The notes: generated by a model not told the origin, from the sequence alone. A stretch of 64,000 nucleotides of DNA from an uncultured Gemmatimonadales bacterium (GCA_963816355.1 CAWFKH010000005.1:256001-320000); one strand, 5' to 3'; shown: positions 54,375-64,000, counted from the first letter of the stretch. Numbers and translations: made by a program.

Positions 54375-55280
54375 TCAGCCGGCGGCCGGCTTGACCGCGT
54401 CGCCTTCGGCGGCCTTGCCTTCCACGATCTTGCAGATGGAAGATTGCGAGAGCACGCGCACGACCTCGAGGACGCCGACCTTGTCGGTGACCTGGTCGAG
54501 CACGTTGCCGTCGGCGTCCCTGATCTGGTCGACGACGCGCATGACGTCGAAGCGGTCGCCCGCCTTCACGCCGGCGTTCTTGCCGCGGTCGATGTAGATC
54601 GAGCCGCCGCGCGAGCCGACGACCTTCGCTGCGGGTGCCGGCGGCGCGATGGCGGCGAGCTTCGCCTTGCCGTCGACGACCTTCTTCACGACGTCCTCGA
54701 CCGCGGGCCGCAGCGCTTCCTGCGCCACGCCCTGGTCGAAGTCGCGTTCGAAGTTGTAACTCTTGTACGCCGCGCCGCCGAAGCGCTTCTTGCCCGAACC
54801 CTCGCCGGCGAGCACAATCTCGCCGGTGCTCGTGTCGACGACGCGGATGTCGAGGCTGCTCTCCGCCTCGGCGAACGACGCGGAAAGCCGTCCGATGCCG
54901 GCGGACTTGCGGTCGATCGAGAACTTGGTGATCGAGCCGACGAGCACCGCCTGCGCGCCGAGGAGCTTGCCGATGCGCGCGGCGGTCGCGGGATCGACGG
55001 CGCCGCTGGCGCCCAGGTGCTGCTCAGCGAGCAGGTTCTCGACCTGGCGCCGCTCGACGACGGCGAACGCGCCGGAATTGACGAGCTGGGTCGTGATCTC
55101 GTCGGCCGCGGCGAGGCCGAGCCGATCACCCCAGAAGCTGAAGCTGCTGTTGTTGTCGAGAGCGAGCACCGCGATGCGCGGCTTCGACGTCTGCGCCCGC
55201 AACGGGTGCGTCGCGGCGGCGGCGAGGGCGGCGGCGAGGGCGAGGGCGGTCACGCGCCCGCGCGGATGGCGAAACGACAC
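54375..55280 (-). CDS. CsgG/HfaB family protein with FlgT C-terminal-like domain
   Basis: Signal peptide; FAVVERRQVENLLAEQ.LGASGAVDPATAARIGKLLGA...IRVVDTSTGEI; IYIDRGKNAGVKAGDRF. Confidence 0.85.
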   Translation of the reverse strand: MSFRHPRGRVTALALAAALAAAATHPLRAQTSKPRIAVLALDNNSSFSFWGDRLGLAAADEITTQLVNSGAFAVVERRQVENLLAEQHLGASGAVDPATAARIGKLLGAQAVLVGSITKFSIDRKSAGIGRLSASFAEAESSLDIRVVDTSTGEIVLAGEGSGKKRFGGAAYKSYNFERDFDQGVAQEALRPAVEDVVKKVVDGKAKLAAIAPPAPAAKVVGSRGGSIYIDRGKNAGVKAGDRFDVMRVVDQIRDADGNVLDQVTDKVGVLEVVRVLSQSSICKIVEGKAAEGDAVKPAAG

Positions 55281-55416
55281 GGGAGATCACCTCCATCGAG
55301 AGTACCGGTGACCCGGCCGGTTTGATTTGTCGCGTCAGGGCCACGACTGTCAAGGCCGCCGGCCACCGACGTTCTCGTGCGTGGCGGAGCATCCGGAAAC
55401 AACGAAAGGACGGACG

Positions 55417-57320
55417 ATGGGCACGTTCATCGCTCGGTCGGGCGCGCGCGCGCTGCGGGCGCGTGCGGTTTTCGCGGCGCGCGCGTTCAGCGCGCTGTTC
55501 CTCGCCGCGTGCGCGGGCGGCGACACGATCGGCCCGTCCGGCGACTTTCACGTCGACCCCGCTTCGTTTCCGCTGCTGGTGGGGCAGACGGTGCAGCTCA
55601 CGGCGGTGGACGCGCCCGGCACCGTGCGGTGGTCGTCGAGCGACGCCACGATCGCGTCCGTCGTGCCGGAGACCGGCTTCGTCACCGCCCAGGGCCGCGG
55701 CGTCGCGACGATCAGCGCGGTGAGCAAGGCGCAGGTCGCCTCCGCCACGATCACGGTGACGGTGCCGCCGGCGATCGCGCTCGCCACGCCGACGCTCGCC
55801 TTCGACGTGACACAGGGCGACGCCGATCCCGCGCCGCAGACGGTGGCGGTGACGAACGCCGGCGACGGCACGCTGGCCGGGCTCGCCGTCGGCGCCGTCC
55901 AGTACGCGGAGGGGCAGCCGCAGGGGTGGCTGTCGGCGCAGCTCAGCGGGGCGACGGCGCCCGCGACGCTCACGGTGGGCGTCTCCGCCGCCGGACTGCC
56001 GCTCGGCACCTACTCCGCCGTCGTGCCGGTGAGCGCGCAGGGGGTCGACAACTCGCCGCAAAACGTCGTCGTGACGTTCCGCGTGCTGGCGCCGCCGAGC
56101 ATCGCGCTGTCGCGCAGCGTGGTCCCGATGAGCGCGATCCCGGAGCAGACCGTGGAGGAGACGATCGACGTCACGAACGGCGGCGGCCGTCCGCTCACCG
56201 GCCTGAGCGCCGGCGTCGCCTACGCCGCCGGGCAGCCGCAGGGTTGGCTGGAGGCGACGCTCGACGCGACCGCAGCGCCCGCGACGCTCACGCTGCGCGC
56301 GACGTCCGGCAGCATGCCGCTCGGCACGTACGACGCGACCGTAACCGTCGCCTCCGACCTCGCCGGCGTCGCCGCGAAGACGATCGCCGTCCACTTCACG
56401 CTCTCGCCCGGACCGGCGATCCACCTCGACCGGACCGCCGTCCACCTGGCGGCGAGCCCCGGCACCGACGCCGCGCCGGTCGACGTCGCCGTCACGAACG
56501 GCGGCGGCGGCACGCTGAGCGGGCTGGCGATCTCGCCGGTGACGTACGGGGCCGGCCAGCCGACCGGCTGGCTCGCGGCGGCGCTCGGGGCGACGACGGC
56601 GCCGACGACGCTCACGCTCACGCCCGCCACCGCCTCGCTGCCGCAGGGCACCTACACCGCCACCGTGACCCTCTCCTCGCCGGTGGCGAGCAACAGTCCG
56701 CTCGCCGTCGAAGTGACGCTCGACATCGCGCCGCCCGCGAGGATCGCCGTCAATCCGGCGTCGCTCGCGTTCAGCTCGTTCCAGGGGGCGAGCATCCAGC
56801 CCAATCCGCAGGGCGTCAGCGTCACGAACAGCGGCGGCGGCACGCTGAGCGGACTGTCGTCGACGGTGTCGTACGACAACGGCGCCGGCTGGCTGCAGCT
56901 CACGTGGCAGGGCGGCAACACCACCGCACCCGCCACGCTCATCGTGCAGCCGGTCACCGGCGCGCTCGCGGAAGGCACCTACACCGCCACCATCACCATA
57001 TCGACCGACATCTCCGGCGTCGCGTCGAAGGCCGTGGGCGTGACGTTCACGGTGCGAAGCTTCACGACGGACGTGTACTCGATTCTGGGCCGAATTGCTC
57101 AAGCTGCCACTTCGCGAACAACGCATCGGCGGCCCACATGTACGCAAACGGCCAGGTCACCCCGGGGAACCCGCGGCGAAGCGAGCTCTACTGCAGGATC
57201 GCACGGCGGCTCGCCGTGCGGGCACGCGGCAGATGCCGCACCGCGCCAGCTTCACCGCTGACGGGGAACCAAATCGCCGTCATCGCCGCCTGGATCCTGG
57301 CCGGAGCGCCGTTCAACTGA
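55417..57320 (+). CDS. Lipoprotein: Big_2 + four BACON-like Ig repeats + C-terminal c-type cytochrome domain (frameshifted as given)
   Basis: Lipobox LAAC and four ~105-aa repeats. CSSCH...PG.P..S.L..RI...WI.AGA lies in another frame after about 57088. Confidence 0.7.
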
Positions 57321-57392
57321 CGCCCTGGCCTGAACCCCACCCGGCCGGCCCACCGCCGCCCCGGCCCAGGCCGCAGGTCGCGCGGGCACACG

Positions 57393-57431
57393 AAAAGACG
57401 GATCGTGTCCGGAATGCGGACACGATCCGTC
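57393..57431 (-). terminator. Intrinsic terminator for the minus-strand barrel gene (possibly bidirectional)
   Basis: Perfect 15-bp stem gacggatcgtgtccg/cggacacgatccgtc with a 5-nt loop, followed by TTTT on the minus strand; lies between convergent genes. Confidence 0.75.
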
Positions 57432-57619
57432 CCGCACCACACGGAGTCGCGCGCCCCGCAGACCGCAGCCCCCCCGCGAAGCGCGAAGCCGCGAGCCCCC
57501 CAGACCCCGTCCCCCCGACCCCCCGCAGACCCCCTCCGCAGACCCCAGACCGGTCCGCCGTACACCCGCCGGCCGAACCCTGCGACAAGCCGGAGAGCAC
57601 CCACCCCCCGAAAACGCCC

Positions 57620-58891
57620 CTAGAAGCTTCTCTCCACCCCGAGGGTCCAGAGCGCCTTCGGCGTCATGCCGGCGTCGGCGAGCGGGATCAGCGCGTTCGC
57701 GACGATGCGGAAGCCCGCCGACGTCTGCAGCTTCCCGCCGAAGGAGAAGTCGAGGTGGTTGTCCTTGCGGTCCGGGATGTCGGTGAGGGTGACGGTGCGG
57801 ACGACCGGCGCGGTGTAGACGGCCGGCGGCGGCAGGATGAGCTTCGAGTCACCGAGCTGGATGTCGGTCACCAGGTCGACGGCGAGGGTGGCGAACGGCG
57901 CGAGGAGCTGGTCGAAGCCGACGGCGCCGATGATCGAGTTGTTCTGCAGCTCGCTGCTGCGGAACGCGCCGCCGAGGTTGAGGTGGGGCGAGAAGTCGGC
58001 GAAGCGGCCGGAGAGGATGCCGAGCGCGCGCACGAAGGTCTCGCCGCCGCCGGTGAAGTTGTCCTCGTCGCCGGTGGGCAGCCGCACATCGGCGAGCGCG
58101 GCGAAGCCGAAGCGGTCGCCCTGGTAGAGCTGGGCCTTGGCGCGCACCGCGACGTCGCCGATTCCGGTCTTGGAGCCACTCGAGCTCGCGGTCGCGGTGA
58201 GGGACGGGTTGGCCTCGGTGCCGAACGCGTGCGGCGAGGGGAACTGGAAGACATCGATCACGGCGGTGCTCGTGCCGCTGACGGACGAGCGGACGAAGGG
58301 GACGAGGATGCCGATGTCGATGCGGTCGAACAGGCCGTACGTCGCGTAGAAGGAGGCGACGAGCATCGACACGTCCAGGTTGGTCGTGACGTCGATGACG
58401 TCGTTCTCGAAGGTCGGGTCGCCGAGGGCCGCGGCGCCGACGTTCTGGTGGGGGAAGCGGAAGGATATGTGGTCGAGCGGCACGCCGCGGATGCGGTCCA
58501 GCTTGATGCCGCTCACGGCGAACCCGGCGAGGAAGCGGCCGCGGCCGAGCGTCTGCGCGCGGTCGGCGAAGATCGGGCCGGCGGAGACCGACGTCGCCAC
58601 GGGCACGCCGTTCTGGAAGCCGAAGGTGACGCCGCTGTTCGCCGTCGTGAACGGCACGTTGCCGAGGCTGGTGGCGATCGCGCTGTTGAGGAAGGCGAGC
58701 AGATTGTCCTGCCCCTGCACGAGGCTCGGATTGAAGTGGGCGCCGTGGACGGCGGCGTTCACGTCGAGGCAGAGCGGCTCACCGCACGAGCCGAAGGTGA
58801 AGAGCGCCGTGACGTGATCGCTGAGGGTCTGGGCGCGAACGGTACCTGAGGACACGGCGAGCAGCGCGAGAACCGCCATCAATCGACGCAT
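57620..58891 (-). CDS. Putative outer-membrane beta-barrel transporter-like protein
   Basis: Signal peptide, GIGDVAVRAK...LPTGDE..F.G.G motif and C-terminal VERSF. Confidence 0.75.
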   Translation of the reverse strand: MRRLMAVLALLAVSSGTVRAQTLSDHVTALFTFGSCGEPLCLDVNAAVHGAHFNPSLVQGQDNLLAFLNSAIATSLGNVPFTTANSGVTFGFQNGVPVATSVSAGPIFADRAQTLGRGRFLAGFAVSGIKLDRIRGVPLDHISFRFPHQNVGAAALGDPTFENDVIDVTTNLDVSMLVASFYATYGLFDRIDIGILVPFVRSSVSGTSTAVIDVFQFPSPHAFGTEANPSLTATASSSGSKTGIGDVAVRAKAQLYQGDRFGFAALADVRLPTGDEDNFTGGGETFVRALGILSGRFADFSPHLNLGGAFRSSELQNNSIIGAVGFDQLLAPFATLAVDLVTDIQLGDSKLILPPPAVYTAPVVRTVTLTDIPDRKDNHLDFSFGGKLQTSAGFRIVANALIPLADAGMTPKALWTLGVERSF

Positions 58892-59137
58892 TCGATCTCT
58901 CCCATCGTCGGGGTTGCCGGGTTGGCGATAGTTACGGCGCACGGGCGGCCGGCGCAACGGTGGCTCAACGCGCGGGCGGGCGCGCCGCAGCGGCGCCGAC
59001 ACCGCGCAGCAAGGCCGCGCCCCGGCGCGCAGCGCGGCCGCGCCCCGGCGCACGGCGGGATTGCGTGAACCGGCGCGCTGGCGCATCGTTCCTCTTCCCT
59101 GTCATCGCGTTCCGCCACGCGCGCGTCCTTCGAGAGA

Positions 59138-61925
59138 ATGAGCTCTCCACGCCTCTGCATCGCCTGTCGCTCCGTCATGGGAGCCGACGACGAGCGGTGT
59201 CCGAGCTGCGGCGCAGTCCAGCCGACGTCGCCGGACGCCCGCCACCGGCGCGACGCCGCCGCCCGGGACGCCGCCGCCCGGGACACCGCCGCCCGGCGTC
59301 GCGGGCGCGGGTGGCGCGCACGCGGCGCCGCAGGTAGGCGGCTCGGGGCTGGCGCTGGAGCCGCCGTGGGACGCCGTTTTCGAGAAGCTGCGGCAGGTGA
59401 CGGCGCCGCGTTATAGGGTGCAGAGCGTGCTGGGATACGGCGGCATGGCGGCGGTGTTCCTGGCGGAGGACCCGCGCCTCGGCCGGCGGGTGGCGGTCAA
59501 GGTGATGGCGCCGGGGCTGATGGTCGACTCGCGGCTGGTGGAGCGCTTCGAGCAGGAGGCGCGCACCATCGCGCAGCTCTCGCACCCGAACATCGTCACG
59601 ATCTACGAGGTGGAGCAGCGCGAGGGGCTCCACTACTTCTCGATGAGCTACATGCCCGGGCGCTCGCTCGGGGACGTGCTGGGGGACCTGGTCGAGCCGC
59701 TGGCGATCGACGTCGTGCGGGCGTGGCTCGCGCAGGTGGGCGGCGCGCTGGCCTACGCGCACCGCGCGGGGATCGTCCACCGCGACATCAAGCCGGGCAA
59801 CATCCTCCTCGATGGCGACGGCAACGCGCGCGTCACCGATTTCGGCATCGCGAAGGTGGCGGACGAGCCGAGCCTGACGCGCACGGGCATGCTGGTGGGC
59901 ACGCCGGCGTACATGAGCCCGGAGCAGTGCACGACGGGGCAGGTGGAGGGCGCCTCGGACCAGTATTCTCTGGGCGCCGTCGCCTACCAGATGCTGACGG
60001 GCGCGCCCCCCTTCTCCGGCAACACGATCGCGGTGCTGCAGGCGCACGTCGCGCAGCCGCCGCGGCCGATCCGCGACGTGCGGCCGGACTGCCCGGAGGA
60101 GCTGGCTTCGGCGGTCGAGCGGATGCTCGCGAAGGAGCCGGCCGCGCGCTGGCCGGGCCTCTCGGCGGCGATCGGCGCGATGGGCGCGACGCTGCCCGGC
60201 CTCGGCGACCCGGTGCTCGAACGCATGGCGGCGTACGCGACGCACGTCGCGGGGATCGCTATCGAGGATCCGCCCACCGAGCTGCGGGAAGGCGAGGCGC
60301 GTCCGCTGCGCGCCATCGTGTGGGACGCGGCGGGGAACCCGCTCGAGAGCCGCCGCATCTTCTGGGAGTCGTCCGAACCGGCCGTCGCGGTGGTGACGGA
60401 GACCTCCGCGCTGTGCGCGCTGCGCCCCGGCTCTTCGCGCATCGCCGCCCGCTGCGGCAACCGCTACGACGTCTTTGACGTCGCCGTCGCCGCCGATCCG
60501 GTGGAATCGCTCGAGGTCGTGCCGCCGGCGGGCGAGGTCCCGCGCGGTCACTCGATCGAGCTGTCGGCGCGCGCGCGTCCGCGAGGCGGCGGCAGACCGC
60601 GCGAGCGCGCCGTGGTGTGGACCTCCAGCAATCCGTCGATCGCCCGCGTGTCGCTCGACGGCCGTGTCGAGGCGGTCGGCGCCGGCACGGCCGTGATCAC
60701 CGCCTCCAGCGGCGAGATCTCCGCCGCCGTGTCGCTGACCGTGACGGAGCCGGAGATCGAGCGCTCCACCCTCACCTACGCCGCTCCGGCGGCGCCGGCC
60801 CCGGCCACACCCGCGGCCGCCACACCGGCGCAGGCCATGCCGGCCACGCCCGCACCGGATACGGCCGCGGCAGCGGTGTCCACGGCGGCGGCGCCCGGCG
60901 CCGGCCGCCCCCAGGACCAACATTCTTCGCGAACAGAGCGCTACGGGGAGCCGGCGGACGCCGGGCGGCCGGTCGGAGGCCGCCTTCGCCGCGCGCTTCC
61001 CCTCGCCGCCGCCGTCGTGGTCGTGGTGGGCGCGGGCGTCGTGGTGCTCTCGCGGCGCGGCGGTGCTCCGGCTGAGCCGCCGCAGGCGGCCGCGACGGCG
61101 CCCGCCACTCCGCCGGCGGACGGCGCGGCGGACGGCGGCGGCGATCGCGTTGCGGACGCGGGCGCGGCGAACGCGGCCTCAGGCGCGGGCGACGCCGGTG
61201 CGGGCGCGGGCGACGCCGGTGCGGCGGCGAGCCGGCTCGCCGCTACCTCGCCGCGGCAGGCGACGGACGGCGGCCGGTCGCCGGTGACAGGGACCACCCC
61301 CCAGCCGGCGACCGGAAGCGCGACGCGCGGCGCGGCGAACGCGGCGGACGCCGGTGGCGCGGCGGCGCCGACGTCGTCGAGCCCGCGGGTCTCGAGCCCG
61401 GCGCCGGCCGGCGGTGACGGCACGCGAACGGGCGCGGCGCCGGCGGGCGGCGATGGGCCCACTCGCACGACGCCGGGCGTGCCGCCGCCGCAGCCCGCTT
61501 CTCCGGGCGATGCGAGCGGCACGGGCGGCGCTCCGGCGGCCGGAGCGGCCGCGGCGACCGCTCCGGCGACGCGTGTGAGGGGCGACGCGGCGGACGCGGC
61601 GTCGATCGGGCGCGCGATCGGCGGCTTCGTCGCGGCGTTCTCGGCGCGGCGCGTCGCCGACGTGATTCCGCTGATGCCGTCGGACGCGCGCGCGCCCTGG
61701 CGGCAGTTGCTGCAGTCACCGCAGGTCACGCAGTTCCGGGTCACACTGAAGTCGTCGGAGCGGCCGCGCTTCACGGCGGACGGCGCGACGGCGGCGTTCG
61801 TCGTGCGCGTCTCCTTCCACAACGAGAACCGTACGGTCGACAACGAGCTTCGCTACGTCGGGAGTCTCGAGCCCACGCCGTCGGGGGAGTGGCGGCTGAC
61901 GGGGCTGCAGATGGGCGGGCGCTGA
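59138..61925 (+). CDS. Ser/Thr kinase: Zn ribbon - kinase - two Ig-like domains - TM - Ala/Pro-rich - C-terminal domain (frameshift near 59240)
   Basis: CIAC/CPSC in one frame; the kinase (GYGGMA, VAVK, HRDIKPGN, DFG) continues in the +1 frame. Confidence 0.85.
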
Positions 61926-61997
61926 GGCGCGTGCCGCGGCCCGGGCCATGCAATGCGAAGGCGTGCCCGGGAACGACTCGACGACGGCAGGATCGTG

Positions 61998-62861
61998 ATG
62001 GCAACTCGACCATGGCTCCGCAGCATCGCGACGATCGCCAAGGGATTGGGGATCTTCCTCCTCTGGAATCTGGGCATCGTGCCGGTGCTGCTGCTTCCGC
62101 CGGTGGCATCCGCAGCGTGGATGGCGGTGCTGATCTTCGCGTTCTACCGGGTGCTGATCGCGCGCAACCTGGGTGAGGGACGCGCGCCACAACGCACGCT
62201 GCTGCGGCTGCGGCCGCCGGGCGCGGCGGTGCCGTGGGCGCTCGCGGCGGCGCTGCCGCTCTTCGTGCTGGGCGTAAGCAGCGCCGCGGTCTTCACGAGC
62301 ATCGGCCACGCGCCGACGCTGCGCGGCGCGGAGTTCCTGGAGCAGTACGCGCACCGGCCGTGGGGGTGGCTGCCGCTGTCGCTGCTCGCGGTGGTGTTCG
62401 CGCCGCTCCTGGAGGAACTCGTCTTTCGCGGTTACGTGCAGCGCACGCTCGAGCGGCGGCTCGGCCCGATCGCGGGGATCGCGGCCGCGGCGGCGGTGTT
62501 CGGCTTCGCGCACGGCCTCGCGATCGGCAACGTGAGCCGCTTCCTGATGGGGCTCGTGCTCGGCGCGGCGGTCTACATGACCGGCTCGATCTGGACGTCG
62601 GTGATCCTGCACGCGATGAACAACGGGATCGTCATGATCCTGGCTCCGCTGGCCGACCGCGCCTCGGCCCGCTCCGCGGAGCTGCTCATCCAGGGGAGCG
62701 GCCGCCTCGGCTTCGAGCTGCTGGGCCTCTCGGCGAGCGTGGCCGCCCTGCTGCTGCTCGGACTGCGGGCACGCCGCGAAATCCCGGCGCCCTCCGCCGA
62801 ACCGCCCGCCACCGAACCGCCCGCGCCGCCGCTCGCCGGGGCCGAAGGCGTGACGTCGTAA
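61998..62861 (+). CDS. CPBP (Abi/CAAX) intramembrane glutamic endopeptidase
   Basis: EELVFRG, FGFAH, HAMNN; multiple TMs. Confidence 0.9.
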   Translation: MATRPWLRSIATIAKGLGIFLLWNLGIVPVLLLPPVASAAWMAVLIFAFYRVLIARNLGEGRAPQRTLLRLRPPGAAVPWALAAALPLFVLGVSSAAVFTSIGHAPTLRGAEFLEQYAHRPWGWLPLSLLAVVFAPLLEELVFRGYVQRTLERRLGPIAGIAAAAAVFGFAHGLAIGNVSRFLMGLVLGAAVYMTGSIWTSVILHAMNNGIVMILAPLADRASARSAELLIQGSGRLGFELLGLSASVAALLLLGLRARREIPAPSAEPPATEPPAPPLAGAEGVTS

Positions 62862-62951
62862 GGCGCCGGGTGTCATATTGAATCTTCTGAAGCGACGCGC
62901 CGCGGCGGGCGACCGGCTCGCGCGGTGACGCAGATCCGATCGGAGGGTTCA

Positions 62952-63755
62952 ATGCAGCGACGCGGTGTCCCGACCGTTCGCCCCGGCGCGGACCGCCGCT
63001 GGTCGCTCTCGGCCGCGATGAGCGGCGTCCGAGCGCTCGGCGCCGGCGTCCATTCCGTCCGGGTCGGGACCGCCAAGGCGTATCTGATCGAGTCCGACGA
63101 CGGCCTGATCGCAGTCGACTGCGGCACGCCGGAGGCGGCCTCGGCGATCCTCGCCGCGGCACGGTCGCTGGGGCGCGAGCCGGCGGCGATCCGGCACATC
63201 CTGGTCACCCACTGCCATCCCGACCACGCGGGCGGTCTCGCCTCGCTGAAGGAAGCGAGCGGCGCCGTCGCCTACATGCACCCGGCTGACGCCGCGCTCG
63301 TGCGGCGCGGCGAAGGGCTGCGCCCGCTGCGGCCCGCGCCGGGGCTGCTCAACCGCGTGCTCTACGAGGTCTTCATCTCCGGCGCCATGTCGCAGGTGCC
63401 GCCGGCGGTGGTCGAGCACGAGGTGAACGGCGGCGACGTCGTCCCGATCGCGGGGGGGATCCACGCGATCCACACGCCGGGTCACACCGCCGGTCACCTC
63501 TGCTTCCTGCTGCCGCGGAAGGGCGGGATCTTCTTCGCGGGCGACGTCGCCGGGAACGTCCTGCGGCTCGGCCTCAGCCTCGCGTACGAGGACGTCGCGC
63601 TGGGGCTCGAGAGCCTGCGGCGCGTGTCGTCGCTGGAGTTCGACGCCGCGTGCTTCGGCCACGGCGGTGCGATCCTGGGCGGCGCGGCGGAGCGCTTCCG
63701 GCTGCGCTGGCCGCCGCGCGCGGGGCACCCCGAGCCGGCGCCGTCCACGACATGA
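62952..63755 (+). CDS. MBL-fold metallo-hydrolase (start uncertain, ATG 63018 possible)
   Basis: THCHPDHAGG, HTPGHT.GH, FAGD, FGHG. Confidence 0.92.
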   Translation: MQRRGVPTVRPGADRRWSLSAAMSGVRALGAGVHSVRVGTAKAYLIESDDGLIAVDCGTPEAASAILAAARSLGREPAAIRHILVTHCHPDHAGGLASLKEASGAVAYMHPADAALVRRGEGLRPLRPAPGLLNRVLYEVFISGAMSQVPPAVVEHEVNGGDVVPIAGGIHAIHTPGHTAGHLCFLLPRKGGIFFAGDVAGNVLRLGLSLAYEDVALGLESLRRVSSLEFDAACFGHGGAILGGAAERFRLRWPPRAGHPEPAPSTT

Positions 63756-63844
63756 GGATGATGGGCCTCGCCTTCATGGCGGCGCTGCTCCTGCCCGGGC
63801 TGCTCGTCGTGTGGATCGAGCGGCGCCCGGGGCGACGCCGCTGA
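63752..63844 (+). CDS. Putative 30-aa membrane peptide
   Basis: MRMMGLAFMAALLLPGLLVVWIERRPGRRR; overlaps both neighbours (ATGA and TGATG). Confidence 0.4.
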   Translation: MRMMGLAFMAALLLPGLLVVWIERRPGRRR

Positions 63845-64000
63845 TGTACGTGGGCCATGTGGCCGTCGCGCTCGGCGTGCGGGGCGTGCGGCGGGATGTC
63901 CCGCTCTGGCTGCTCGTGCTCGCGGCGCAGGGCTGCGACTGGCTCGAGACGCTCCAGATGACCGGCGGAGTCCGCGACCACGCGATGCTCTCGCACTCCC
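63844..64000 (+). CDS. Membrane-bound metal-dependent hydrolase-like protein, 3' partial
   Basis: MYVGHVAVAL...VPLWLLVLAAQGCD...SHS. Confidence 0.55.
   Translation, partial: MYVGHVAVALGVRGVRRDVPLWLLVLAAQGCDWLETLQMTGGVRDHAMLSHS

Noticed and set aside
55324..55353. Minus-strand TTGACA upstream of the CsgG-FlgT gene
   Set aside because: No convincing -10 hexamer at 16-18 bp spacing.
55417..57320. Diversity-generating retroelement target (Ig protein with a disrupted C-terminus)
   Set aside because: No reverse transcriptase or template repeat in the window, and the changes are indels rather than adenine substitutions.
1..64000. rRNA, tRNA, IS elements, integrases or island boundary repeats
   Set aside because: None recognised by eye; composition looks broadly uniform, so recent horizontal acquisition is not supported.

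Overview
Very GC-rich bacterial DNA. The gene content (several membrane Ser/Thr kinases, Big_2/BACON lipoproteins, M1 peptidase) suggests Gemmatimonadota or a similar lineage; this is inference, as no marker gene is present. 1-12.3 kb is housekeeping/transport: MATE pump, TetR-TolC-MFP-RND operon, aryl-sulfate sulfotransferase-like protein, M1 peptidase. About 17.2-50.8 kb is a near-complete type VI secretion system (T6SS) in two divergent arms. The minus arm has tssK, tssK, tssL, tssM, a lipoprotein, Ser/Thr kinase, PP2C and an FHA-protease. The plus arm has tssB, tssC, hcp, tagJ, tssA, tssE, tssF, tssG, tssH, vgrG, a small lipoprotein, DUF2169-pentapeptide, pentapeptide, DUF3540, DUF4150/PAAR-like and a candidate effector. 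Unusual points: no recognisable tssJ or canonical tagH/fha; a PrcB-like lipoprotein coupled to tssM; two tssK paralogues; and a membrane-anchored Pro-rich protein with seven G-x-F-T-x-x-F/I-type motifs. Both flanks (12.4-17.2 kb, 52.7-61.9 kb) carry CsgG/FlgT-like proteins, beta-barrels and Ig-repeat lipoproteins, and the right flank adds two more kinases. Together these may form an undescribed envelope-sensing/phospho-signalling layer. Two genes at 57.1-59.3 kb carry single-base frameshifts that may be sequencing errors. All calls are from motif reading by eye; no database searches were run.
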